This document shows, piece after piece, positions 52,270-64,000 of a DNA stretch of 64,000 bases. Under the pieces are notes generated by a model. That model was not told the origin of the DNA and made no database searches. It saw only the letters and a list, made by a program, of their open reading frames with translations. This stretch comes from Heterodontus francisci. Lineage: Eukaryota. Every line of letters begins with the position of its first letter. Position 1 is the first letter of the stretch. Location of the stretch: contig NC_090387.1 in NCBI RefSeq assembly GCF_036365525.1, positions 88,453,691 to 88,517,690 on the forward strand. Reading direction: 5' to 3'. Made by a program: the position numbers and the translations under genes.

Positions 52270-53170
52270 TGAATTACACAGAGCACAGAAACAGGCCATT
52301 CAACCCAACCAGAGCACAGCAGTATTTGTGCTCCAATCTAGCCTCCTTCCATCCTTCCTCATCTAAATCTATCAGTATAACCCTTTAGTCTATTCTCCAT
52401 TATATGCTTATATAACTTCCCCTTGAATGCACCTATGCTATTCTTTTCAACTATTCCCATTAGTTACAATTTTCACATTCTCGCCGTGGTTTGGGTAAAA
52501 TTGTTTCTTCTGAATTCCTCACCTGATTTTCTGTTGACTACCTCATACTAATATCGTTCAGTGTTGTTCTTTGCCACAAGTGAAAATGCCTCTGTGTCTA
52601 TTATATTGCAACCGGTTTAATTTTCAAGACCCCTATTTCCCTCCCCTATGTTGAAATTAATTTACCAATTAAATGCCCATTCTCCAATTAGTGTGTTCTT
52701 GTAATTTATTGTTGCCATTCTCAATATTGACTACACCACTTCCAATAATTCGGTTCTATTCACCAACTTCGAAATTGTGCATTGCATTCCAAAGTTTAAA
52801 TTGTCAATGAAAATTGGGACCAATAGTGGTCCAGTACTAATCCTTGTGAGATACTACTTTCCACCATCTACCACTACGCACAAGCCAGCCTTTATCTGTA
52901 CTCTCTGTTTTCTGTTTGCAGTCAGCTAGCTATCCTTCCTGCCTGCTACTCTCCCACTGAATCTGCAAGCTTTGATGTTATACATGTGTCTACGTACATT
53001 ACCTGATTCAAGTCCAACTGGAAGTCCTGATATTTTACAATAATCACATTACCCACTTCTGCTCTCACAGTTATCTCTCCAAAGAATTCAATGAGGTTTG
53101 TCAAACAAAAATTTCCCTTTTGAAATACGTGCTGAGTATTCATCAATATGTTTTGGGTTTCTAGATGGTT
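52270..53170 (-). mobile_element. Old CR1 fragment
   Basis: QHVFQKGNFCLTNLIEFF; tail near 52280. Confidence 0.65.
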
Positions 53171-53588
53171 TGCTGTTTACTTATGTTGATGTGTCAGGTT
53201 CACTGTGTATAACGCTATGCAAAGAATACAAATTTAACCTCGAGCTTGACGACATCGTTGTGACTTCAAAAAAATTCTTACTTACTTACTTACTTCCTGT
53301 ACGAGCACCATGCGACGACATTGGGAGAGTAAGTTCCAGCAACTTTACAGTACAGAATTTACAGAATTCGCTGAGATAAAAAGATACTCAAAAGAGATAG
53401 CGGAATGAGATTCTTTACCTCGTTAGTTAGAGTTGGGTTCGAACCAATATCTGAGTCATGCAAGAACAGGGACTTGACTATCGTACAACCTTTCGCAGGT
53501 GGCGACGCATATCATGCATGTTTTTTTTTTAGAATATTACAGCGCAGTACAGGCCCTTCGGCCCTCGATGTTGCGCCGATCATCTGAC

Positions 53589-56480
53589 CTACACTATTCC
53601 ATTTACATCCATATGTCTATCCAATGACCACTTAAATGCCCTTAAAGTTGGCGAGTCTACTACTGTTGCAGGCAGGGCGTTCCACGCCCCTACTACTCTC
53701 TGCGTAAAGAAACTACCTCTGACATCTGTCCTATATCTTTCACCCCTCAACTTAAAGCTATGTCCCCTCGTGTTTGCCATCCTCATCCGAGGAAAAAGAC
53801 TCTCACTATCCACCCTATCTAACCCTCTGATTATCTTGTATGTCTCTATTAAGTCACCTCTCCTCCTCCTTCTCTCTAACGAAAACAACCCCAAGTCCCT
53901 CAGCCTTTCCTCGTAAGACCTTCCTTCCATACCAGGCAACATCCTAGTAAATCTCCTCTGCACCCTTTCCAAAGCTTCGACATCCTTCCTATAATGCGGT
54001 GACCAGAACTGCACGCAATACTCCAGGTGCGGCCTCACCAGAGTTTTGTACAGCTGCATCATGACCCCGTGGCTCCGAAACTCGATCCCCCTACTAATAA
54101 AGGCTAACACACCATATGCCTTCTTAACAGCCCTATTAACCTGGGTAGCAACTTTCAGGGATTTATGTACCTGGATACCAAGATCTCTCTGCTCATCTAC
54201 ACTACCAAGAATCTTCCCATTAGCCCAGTACTCTGCATTGCTGTTACTCCTTCCAAAGTGAATCACCTCACACTTCTCCGCATTAAACTCCATTTGCCAT
54301 CTCTCAGCCCAGCTCTGCAGCCTATCTATGTCCCTCTGTACCCTACAACACCCTTCGACACTATCCACAACTCCACCGACCTTCGTGTCATCCGCAAATT
54401 TACTAACCCACCCTTCTACACCCTCATCCAGGTCGTTTATAAAAATGACAAACAGCAGTGGCCCCAAAACAGAACCTTGCGGTACACCACTAGTAACTAA
54501 ACTCCAGGATGAACATTTGCCATCAACCACCACCCTCTGTCTTCTTTCAGCTAGCCAATTTCTGATCCAAAGCTCTAAATCACCTTCAACCCCATACTTC
54601 CGTATTTTCTGCAATAGCCTACCGTGGGGAACCTTATCAAACGCCTTACTGAAATCCATATACACCACATCCACGGCTTTACCCTCATCCACCTGTTTGG
54701 TCACCTTCTCGAAAAACTCAATAAGGTTTGTGAGGCACGACCTACCATTCACAAAACCGTGCTGACTATCGCAAATGAACTTATTCTTTTCAAGATGATT
54801 ATAAATCCTGTCTCTTATAACCTTTTCCAACATTTTACCCACAACCGAAGTAAGGCTCACAGGTCTATAATTACCAGGGCTGTCTCTACTCCCCTTCTTG
54901 AACAAGGGGACAACATTTGCTATCCTCCAGTCCTCCGGCACTACTCCTGTCGACAATGACGACTTAAAGATCAACAACAACGGCTCTGCAATCTCCTCCC
55001 TGGCTTCCCAGAGAATCCTAGGATAAATCCCATCTGGCCCAGGGGACTTATCTATTTTCACTCTTTCCAAAATTGCTAACACCTCCTCCTTGTGAATCTC
55101 AATCCCATCTAGCCTAGTAGGCTGTATCTCAGTAATCTCCTCGGCAACATTTTCTTTTTCTACTGTAAATACTGACGAAAAATATTCATTTAACGCTTCC
55201 CCTATCTCCTCTGATTCCGCACACAACTTCCCACTACTATCCTTGATTGGCCCTGTTCTAACTCTTATCATTCGTTTATTCCTGATATACCTATAGAAAG
55301 CCTTAGGGTTTTCTTTGATCCTATCCGCCAATGACTTCTCGTGTCCTCTCCTTGCTCTTCTTAGCCCTCCCTTTAGATCCTTCCTGGCTAGCTTGTAACT
55401 CTCAAGCGCCCTAACTGAGCCTTCACGTCTCATCCTAACATAAGCCGCCCTCTTCCTCTTGACAAGCGCTTCAACTTCTTGAGTAAACCACGGCTCCCTC
55501 GCTCGACAACTTCCTCCCTGCCTGACAGGTACATACTTATCAAGGACACGCATTAGCTACTCCTTGAATAAGCTCCACATTTCGTTTGTGCCCATCCCCT
55601 GCAGTTTCCTTCCCCATCCTACACATCCTAAATCTTGCCTAATCGCGTCATAATTTCCTTTCCCCCAGCTATAATTCTTGCCCTGCGGTATATACCTGTC
55701 CCTGCCCATCGCTAAGGTAAACCTAACCGAATTGTGATCACTATCGCCAAAGTGCTCACCTACATCTAAATCGAACACCTGGCCGGGTTCATTACCCAGT
55801 ACCAAATCCAATGTGGCATCGCCCCTGGTTGGCCTGTCCACATACTGTGTCAGAAAACCCTCCTGCACACACTGAACAAAAACAGACCCATCTAAAGTAC
55901 TCGAACTATAGTATTTCCAGTCAATATTTGGAAAGTTAAAGTCCCCCATAACCACTACCCTGTTACTCTCGCTCCTGTCGAGAATCATCTTCGCTATCCT
56001 TTCCTCTACATCTCTGGAACTATTCGGAGGTCTATAGAAAACTCCCAACAGGGTGACCTCTCCTCTCCTGTTTCTAACCTCGGCCCATACTACCTCAGTA
56101 GACGAGTCCTCAAACGTCCTTTCTGCCGCTGTAATACTTTCCTTGATTAACAATGCCACACCCCCCCCTCTTTTACCCTCTTCTCTGTTCTTTCTGAAAC
56201 ATCTAAATCCCGGAACCTGCAACATCCATTCCTGCCCCTGCTCTACCCATGTCTCTGAAATGGCCACAACATCAGGATCCCAGGTACCAACCCATGCTGC
56301 AAGCTCACCCACCTTATTCCGGATGCTCCTGGCGTTGAAGTAGACACACTTTAAACCAAGTTCTTGCTTGCCAGTGCCCTCTTGCGTCCCTGTAACCTTA
56401 TCCCCTACCTCACTACTCTCAACAGCCTGTACACTGGAACTACAATTTAGGTTCCCATTCCCCTGCTGATTTAGTTTAAA
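53589..56480 (-). pseudogene. CR1 ORF2 (APE endonuclease + RT) with one premature TAG at 55557-55559
   Basis: The 251-aa and 654-aa ORFs are in the same frame, separated by FKE*LMR. The frame stays open upstream through CVYFNARSIRNK to the ORF1 end with no ATG there. Confidence 0.92.
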
Positions 56481-57412
56481 CCCCCCCGAAGAGCACTAGC
56501 AAATCTCCCCCCCAGGATATTGGTACCCCTCTGGTTCAGGTGAAGACCATCCTGTTTGTAGAGGTCCCACCTACCCCAGAAAGAGCCCCAATTATCCAGG
56601 AAACCAAAACCCTCCCTCCTACACCATCCCTGCAGCCACGTGTTCAACTCCTCTCTCTCCCTATTCCTCTCTTCGCTAGCACGTGGCACAGGCAACAACC
56701 CAGAGATAACAACTCTGGTTGTTCTCGCTCTAAGCTTCCACCCTAGCTCCCTGAATTTCTGCCTTAAATCCCCATCTCCCTTCCTACCTATGTCGTTGGT
56801 GCCTATGTGGACCACGACTTGGGGGTGCTCCCCCTCCCCCTTAAGGATCCCAAAAACACGATCGGAGACATCACGTACCCTGGCACCTGGGAGGCAACAC
56901 ACCAACCGTGAGTCTCTCTCGTTCCCACAGAACCTCCTATCTGTTCCCCTAACTATGGAGTCCCCAATGACTAATGCTCTGCTCCTCTTCCCTTTTCCCT
57001 TCTGAGCAACAGGGACAGACTCTGTGCCAGAGACCTGCACCCCATTGCTTACCCCTGGTAAGTCGTCCCCCCCAACAGTATCCAAAACGGTATACCTGTT
57101 GTTGAGGGAAACGGCCACAGGGGATCCCTGCACTGCCTGCTGGTTCCCTTTCCTTCCCCTGACGGTAACCCATCTACCTACTTCTTTTACCTGAGGTGTG
57201 ACTGCCTCCCTATAACTCCTGTCAATAATCCCCTCCGCCTCCCGAATGATCCGAAGTTCATCCAGCTCCAGCTCCAGTTCCCTAATGCGGTCTGCGAGGA
57301 GCTGGAGTTGGGTGCACTTCCCGCAGATGCAGTCAGCAGGGACACTCTTGGCGACCCCTACCTCCCACATTCTGCAGGAGGAACATACAACTGCCTTTAC
57401 CTCCATTCCCAC
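56471..57412 (-). CDS. CR1 ORF1p (Cys zinc finger / leucine zipper + SGNH esterase domain), 313 aa
   Basis: CSSC..CGKC, coiled coil IRELELELDEL, VIGDSIV, CLPGA, HIGTND, DGLHLN. Confidence 0.93.
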   Translation of the reverse strand: MGMEVKAVVCSSCRMWEVGVAKSVPADCICGKCTQLQLLADRIRELELELDELRIIREAEGIIDRSYREAVTPQVKEVGRWVTVRGRKGNQQAVQGSPVAVSLNNRYTVLDTVGGDDLPGVSNGVQVSGTESVPVAQKGKGKRSRALVIGDSIVRGTDRRFCGNERDSRLVCCLPGARVRDVSDRVFGILKGEGEHPQVVVHIGTNDIGRKGDGDLRQKFRELGWKLRARTTRVVISGLLPVPRASEERNREREELNTWLQGWCRREGFGFLDNWGSFWGRWDLYKQDGLHLNQRGTNILGGRFASALRGGLN

Positions 57413-57605
57413 TATTCTAGATTCCCAATAAATCTACTGAAAAACCAAACGAAAAAAAAAGTCAAAACTTGTTCGCTTAGCAATCCGACGGACTGAACTT
57501 TTTAAATAAAAAGCTTACCTTATCAACACACTAGAGTCCTTTTTTTTTGGTTAGAGGAGGAGGGTGGATGGGAGACACTACACGTGTAGTGTCTCGGGTA
57601 CTGCC

Positions 57606-58071
57606 ACTGCCCAAATAAATAGTTTTCCCCTACCCAGCAGTCCCCGGTCCTCCGAAACAAAAAAGGGATTAACTTGCAACTTACTGAAATTGACCGCTCA
57701 GCTGAAAGTCCGCTCCGCACCTCGTTCTGTCAACGCTGCTCCTCGCAAAAGACAAAGATTTTAAAACTGCCCAAATAAATAGTTTTCCCCTACCCAGCAG
57801 TCCCCGGTCCTCCGAAACAAAAAAGGGATTAACTTGCAACTTACTGAAATTGACCGCTCAGCTGAAAGTCCGCTCCGCACCTCGTTCTGTCAAGGCTGCT
57901 CCTCGCAAAAGACAAAGATTTTAAAACTGCCCAAATAAATAGTTTTCCCCTACCCAGCAGTCCCCGGTCCTCCGAAACAAAAAAGGGATTAACTTGCAAC
58001 TTACTGAAATTGACCGCTCAGCTGAAAGTCCGCTCCGCACCTCGTTCTGTCAAGGCTGCTCCTCGCAAAAG
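57606..58071 (-). repeat. 160-bp tandem repeat, ~2.9 copies, at the CR1 5' end
   Basis: Units start at 57606, 57766 and 57926 and are almost identical. Confidence 0.95.
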
Positions 58072-59169
58072 GAGACTTTATTGGACTTCCAAACAATGCA
58101 TTGCAGTTGCACACTTTTTCGTAGAAAATAAGGCTCACTACACTCAGAACACAAGATGCATTAAAACGTGCAGTTGATTGTACAATGGCAAAGGTTTTCT
58201 GAAAGTGAAAAGCTGCATTAATAAACACTTCGCACTATCGGGTAGAAATGTTGGAATCGGTGTTGTAAACCTATTAGCTGATTAGTTAAATGTACCACTT
58301 CGTAAGGAACCATGTGGAAAATGCTGGTGGTGTGTTAACTTTCCGTTCTGTGCTGAGTGAGGCGATCTCAACTGGGCACGGACGTGTATTATGCAATTAG
58401 CACTACTGCCATTAAGAGACAATAGCGACAATTCAGCGAGCTTCCGGTTTTTGATCGTGAGCAACTCAATCTAGATGGAGAATACTTATGCGGATATTAT
58501 AGAGGCCAAAATCCAGGTCATCCCTAATATCACCAACAATTAATGGGTCTACAGATATTCACTGTCTTGACTCACATATGCAAAATGGTCACAAAGAGAA
58601 AGCTATGAAGCTGATTATTTTTCCGTGAAACCGTGTTCAATACTGTTGGGATGATAAGGAAGTAGGAAACGGGCGGGTAACAAAACAAGGGGAACACTAT
58701 CCCTTTGCACACCATTCAGCGACATGGTTATAATTATAAACATCAAAATGCAGGCAGTGAAATTTTGAAGTGAGAATTATTATCAATGCTGCAGTTTAAT
58801 GTGTTACAATACTTGTTTTCTATAAATAACAGTAGCTGAATGGTATTCTAAAAGTATCATACTGGTTTCGGCATCAGCAGATGGAAAATTCGGATGTGTA
58901 ACAGGATTTCAACCGTTTTTCAACATGAATGCGGGCGATATGTTAATTCGCCCGCTTTGGAAACTGTGGTTTCAATAATGCGTACTGAACGTGATTTGTG
59001 ACGCAGTGGAACGTTTCACTCTTGATGGCAGTTGCTTGTGTTTGATTGGTCAGTGGTTGTTGTACCATCGATAAAATCACCAATTATATGGTATGAACTG
59101 TGTGCTAACTGCCTTATTCCACTTGCGTGGAATAAATTAGATGACTTATTAATGGAAAAGGAGTGACAT

Positions 59170-61200
59170 GCCGACACAGCACTGCAACCAGCCAATTGTC
59201 CTCAGCCACAATCTGTAACCTCATGGCCCGGCATATCGTCCACTCTACCATTATCATCAAGGCGGGGGATCAATCCTCAGGCAACGAAGAGTGCAGGTGT
59301 ATGCCAGGAGCAGCACCAGGCATACCTCAAAATGAGGTGTCAACCTGGTGAAGCTATGACCCAGGATTGCTTGCATGTGAAACAGTGTAAGCAGCATGCG
59401 ATAGACCAAGCTAAGTGATCCCGTAACCAACGGTCCATATCTAAGCTCTGCAGTCCTGCCACATCAGTCCTGAATGGTGGTGGACAAGTAAGAAGCAGGA
59501 GGAGGTGGCTGCACAAATATCCTTATCCACAATAGCGGGGGAGCCCAGCACATCAATGCAAAACATAAGGCTGAAGCATTTGCAACAATCCTCAGCCAGA
59601 GGTTTTGAGTGGATGCTCCGTCTCAGCCTCCTCATGAAGTCCCCAGCATCACAGATACCAATTTTCAGCCAATTCAATTCACTCCGCGTGAGATCAAGAA
59701 ACAACTGAAGGCACTGGATAAGAGCTTGCAGTGCCCCTAGCCAAGCTGTTCCAGTACAGCTACAACACTGGCATCTAACTAGCAATATGAAAATTTTCCC
59801 AGGTATGTCCTGCACATAAAAAAGCCGTGCAAATCCACCCCAGCCAATTACTGGCCCATCAGTCTACTCTCGATCATCAGTAATGTGAAGGAAGGCGTCA
59901 TTGGCAGTGTGATCAAGCGGCAGTTGCTTAGCAATAACCTGCTCAGTGACGATCAGTTTGGGTTCTGCCAGGGCCACTCAGCTCTTGACCTCATTACAGC
60001 CTTGGTTCAAATATGGACAAAAGAGCTGATCACCAGAGGTGAGGTGAGGGTGACTGCACTTGACATCAAGGCAGCATTTGACCGAGTATGATATCAAGAA
60101 GCTCCAGCAAATCTGCAGTCAATGGGAATCAGGGGGGAATCTCTCTGCCAGTTAGAATCATACCTAGCACATAGGAAGATGGTTGTAGTTGCTGAAGATC
60201 AGTCAACTCAGTTCTAGGACATCACTGCAGGAGTTCCTCTGGGTCGTGTCCAAGGCACAATCATCTTCAGCTGCTTCATCAATGACCTTCTTTCAATCAT
60301 AAGGTCAGAAGTGGGAATGTTCGCTGATGATTGCACAATGTTCAGCACCATTCCTGACTTCTCAGATACTGAAGCAGTCAGTGTAGAAATGCAGCAGGAC
60401 CTGGGCAATATCCAGGCTTGGGCTGATAAGTGGCAAGTAACATTCACGCCACACAAGTGCCAGGCAATGACCATCTCCAACAAGAGAGAATTTAACCATT
60501 TCCCCTTGACATTCAATGGCATTACCATCGCTGCATCCCACACTATAAACATCCTAGGGGCTTCCATTGACCAGAAACTGAACTGGAGTAGCCATATAAA
60601 CACCGTTGCTACAAGAGCATGTCAAACGCTCGGAATCCTACGGCGAGTAAGTCATCTCCTGACTCCCCAAAGACTGTAAGGCACAAGTCTGGAGTGTGAC
60701 GGAATACTCTCCACTTGCCCGGATGGGTGCAGCTCCAACAACACTCATGAAGCTGGACACCATCTAGGACAAAGCAGCCCGCTAGATTGGCACCCCAAAC
60801 ATTCACTTCCTCCACCACCGACGCACATTGGCAGCAGTTTGTACCATCTACAAGATGCACTGCAGCAACGCACAAAGGCTGCTCAGACAGCACCTTTCAA
60901 ACCCGCGACCTCTACCAACTAGAAGGACAAGGACAGCAAATGCATGGGAACACCAGCACGTGCAAGTTCTCTCCAAGTCGCACACCATCCTGACTTAGAA
61001 CTATCTTGCCATACCTTCACAGTCGCTGGGTCAAAATCCTGGAACTTCCTTTTTCATAGCACTGTGGGTGTACCTACCCCACATGGTCTGCAGCGGTTCA
61101 AGAAGGCCGCTCACCATTCATCTTCTCATGGGCAATTAGGTACAGGCAATAAATGCTGGCCCGGCCAGCGACGCCCACGTCCCATGAAACAAGCAAAACA
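59170..61200 (+). mobile_element. CR1-group LINE (second family), decayed
   Basis: QFGFCQGHSALDL..ALDIKAAFDRV, MFADDCT; 3' tail near 61190. Confidence 0.88.
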
Positions 61201-62050
61201 AAACGTAAAACAATGCCCCGTTATTCGTAAAAAAATATATAGACAAGAACACGTTAAACACATGGAATCTGTTTATTAAAATACGTTAGTTAATCAACAA
61301 GATGACAGAACCGTGAATAGCAACATACGCATTATTCAGTGGCACGGATTGAATCCAAATGGAATAGAGGGAATAATTCAATTTTCTATCAGTTGGCAAT
61401 GGTCTACAAAGGTAATAAGAAAGTCCTGCATTTAGTTATGTAGCATTGAATTCCCCGAACGTCTGATATGTCTGCGCACATTGATTGCATTGAGTGCAGT
61501 TGGTATAGAACATCTGATAAGCGGGCGAAGGTAGTCGTCATTCGTGATCGCAACATCCCATAAATAGCAAAGCTGCGTGAGTGGCCAATCAGCTTTTACC
61601 GTTGTTGTTCAAGGAACAATGTTGGATCGCAGACGGGAAAAAAAACTGCCATATGTTCGAGAGAAAACCGCCAGATTTTCATACAGACAGGACAATCTAG
61701 TCGGGCGCACATGGTCTCAAAGGTACTCATGTCCATTAACACATATCTATAACAAATTGCCCACCATAGCATATTTGCAACAGTTTATAAAATCTTTTCT
61801 GTGCAGCTACAGCAGCGTTAAACAACCAATAGGATGTCCTTTAGAGTTAGCAATTTCAGTTGATATCGTGCATAATGTGGGTAGCTCTAGTTCTACTTTA
61901 TGATCAATGGGCAGATAGAGATCTCACATTTCAGCGAAAGGCACGAACTGACACGCCCATGTGAAAGCGAACATTCTCGCGTCATTCAACTCTGATGCTT
62001 TATTCATTATTTACTTTAAAGAAAATAATCGCTTCAGTTCGCTGCTCAAG

Positions 62051-62102
62051 ATGCTGAGAGCCTTGCTTCCTTACATGGTGTTTCTGGCAATCAGTTGTCC
62101 AG
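62051..62102 (+). CDS. Gene B exon 1: leader MLRALLPYMVFLAISCP
   Basis: aagATG, hydrophobic core, donor AG|GTaaat in phase 1; 200-nt pyrimidine-rich intron. Confidence 0.85.
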
Positions 62103-62302
62103 GTAAATTTATTTTGTATCAACGCTCTCTCATTTCTTAAATTGACGAATATCATTTAATGTTCTCTTTTAGCTCTTCATGTTACTTTCCGCTTATTTTT
62201 CATTATTTCTTTTCTACTTCTGAACTTTCTGCCTGTTTGTCAACTGGACAATTTAAATTGATGTTTCTTTGTTTAATGCTGCGTTTAATACTTTTTCGAC
62301 AG

Positions 62303-62614
62303 CCGCTGGCAATTCTTCATCAACCGTGACACAGACTCCCGAATCCAAAGTGATGAGAGGAGGCTCCGTGACTCTTTACTGCATATTTCCCATCTTTTCA
62401 GACAAGAGACCAGTGAAAGTGCATTGGTGGAGAGACGGGCAGGGTGGGTTCCTGGAGGAAAGTGTAGACAGGAGAATCCGGTTTTATTTCTTAAACCAAG
62501 GGGGAGCTGCCTTTAAACTTACAGCCGCGAGAGCCGAGGACGCGGGGCTCTATTACTGCAGAGTGTCACACAAAGAGGTTGCAAATGGTACCGGCACAAG
62601 ACTGGCTGTATATG
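62303..62614 (+). CDS. Gene B exon 2: VJ-type Ig V-set domain, paralog of the gene A V domain
   Basis: VTQTP..GGSVTLYCIFP..VHWWRDG..EDAGLYYCRV..NGTGTRLAVY; acceptor ttttcgacAG, donor TG|GTgagt, 312 nt, phase 1-1. Downstream exons are not seen in the window. Confidence 0.92.
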
Positions 62615-62704
62615 GTGAGTGTCAATGTCGACGAGAATCGAATTTCGGTCACATATTGTGTAGAGTTTTAAAGCTATCACCTGCTCTGTCGCCTTAGAAA
62701 TACG

Positions 62705-63740
62705 AGCTTTATTTATTCATTCGGTCCACGCGAGGGTTGTTGACAAGCACAAATTTTAATGCCCATCGCTCGTTACCGTTAACAAGTGGTGTTGAGCCGC
62801 CTTCTTGAAAGCTTGCAGTCGGGTAGTGAAGATAATGTCGTAGTTCTGTTAAGTAGGCACTTCCTCGATTTTGCGCAAACATGGTAAATTACCGACGATA
62901 GAAGCACAAGTCAGGGCGATATGTGACTTGGAGTATATATGGAGGGCGGATTTCCAGGCACCTGCTACTCTTGTCCTTCCAGGTGCTTGAGGTCCCGGGT
63001 TTGGAAGGTGCAGTCGATTCACCCTTGGAGTGCTGCTGCAGTGAACTTTGAAAACAGAAAGCACCCCAGCCACAGTGCGCCATTGATGGACAAAGTTCAT
63101 AATTAAGCTGGTTGATGGGGTTTAGATGAAGCAAAGTACTTTTACGAGCTGGATGTTCTTCTCCTGAGTGTTGTTGGAGCCGCAATCATCCAGCCAAGTT
63201 GAGAGAATTCTATAACACTCCTAATCTGTGCCCTATAGGTGCTTGAAACTATTTGGATCGTCAGCAGGTGAGTCAATCGCTGAAGCATACCCATTTTTGA
63301 GGAACTCTTTATCACTGTATGAATGTAGAGTGTCCAAGTTAAGTTTCTGTTCCTAAAGTTGACCGTCTGGATGTTGATTGAAATGGCATTGAATGTCAAA
63401 CGCAGGTGGATAGACTCTTGTTAGAGATGATAAATGGCTGGCATTTATGTTGCACGAATGTTGCTTGCCATTTTTCAGCACTTGTCTAGATTGTGGCCGG
63501 ATCGCGTTCCATGTGGACATGCCTTGATTCATTATATGAGGAAATGTGAATGGCACTGAATAAAAGCGAACTGTTGAACTTTCGATGAGGGGAGATTCAT
63601 TGATGAAGCAGCTGAAGATGGTTGTGCCTAAACCACTGCACTGTGGAATTCTTACAGCGACGTACTGGGGCTGAGATGATTGACCTGCAGCAAGCACAGC
63701 CTTCCTTCTTTATGCTAAGTACAACTCCAACCAAGGAGGG
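62705..63740 (-). mobile_element. Decayed CR1-group LINE (second family)
   Basis: IPQCSGLGTTIFSCFIN; reverse-complement tail near 62710. Confidence 0.75.
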
Positions 63741-63744
63741 AGGT

Positions 63745-64000
63745 AGTTAGGGAGAGAGTAAGCCCCCTTAAGGATCAGTGTGGTAATCTATGTGTGGAGC
63801 CACGGGAAATGGGCGAGGTCTTAAATGAATACTTCTCGTCCGTATTTACCGTGGAGAAGCTCGTGAGTTCAAGGGAGGGAATAGCGATATCCTGGAGCAT
63901 ATCAACATTACAAAGGAGGAGGTGTTGGAGGTTTTGAAACACATTAAAGTGGATAAATCTCCAGGGCCTGACCAGGTGTATCCTAGGATGGTATGGGAAG
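63745..64000 (+). mobile_element. CR1 ORF2 fragment running off the window
   Basis: EVLNEYFSSVFT..IKVDKSPGPDQVYPR. Confidence 0.85.

Larger units (their letters stand above)
53521..58071 (-). mobile_element. Young, essentially full-length CR1 LINE
   Basis: Tandem-repeat 5' UTR, intact ORF1, ORF2 with a single stop, 3' tail and A10. Confidence 0.96.

Noticed and set aside
53425-53495. tRNA-like B box (GGTTCGAACCC on minus)
   Set aside because: No convincing cloverleaf could be built; at most a decayed fragment.
57606-58071. CRISPR-like array
   Set aside because: The units are contiguous with no unique spacers, and the context is a eukaryotic LINE.

Overview
Vertebrate genomic DNA, most likely a shark or other cartilaginous fish (inferred from the HE1-like SINE/CR1 repeat landscape). 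Most of the window is retroelement-derived: CR1, L2, RTE and Penelope fragments, tRNA-type SINEs, a Gmr1-type Ty3/gypsy element and a two-LTR endogenous retrovirus. Two divergently oriented Ig-superfamily receptor genes are embedded in it. Gene A (minus strand, 5943-17623) can be assembled by hand into 7 phase-consistent GT-AG exons encoding a 361-aa protein: leader, germline-joined VJ-type V domain, C1 domain, uncharged TM and a tail with two duplicated Tyr-motif pairs (NKp30-like V on a SIRP-like inhibitory scaffold). Gene B (plus strand, from 62051) shows the leader and a paralogous VJ exon and presumably runs out of the window. Other highlights: a near-intact CR1 with a U_UUA_AAC slippery heptamer and stem-loop joining ORF1 to an ATG-less ORF2; two RTE LINEs with 5' inversions; and an ERV whose env remnant resembles a lokiretrovirus/F-type fusion protein. 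All calls come from manual reading; no database searches were run, and the boundaries of decayed repeats are approximate.
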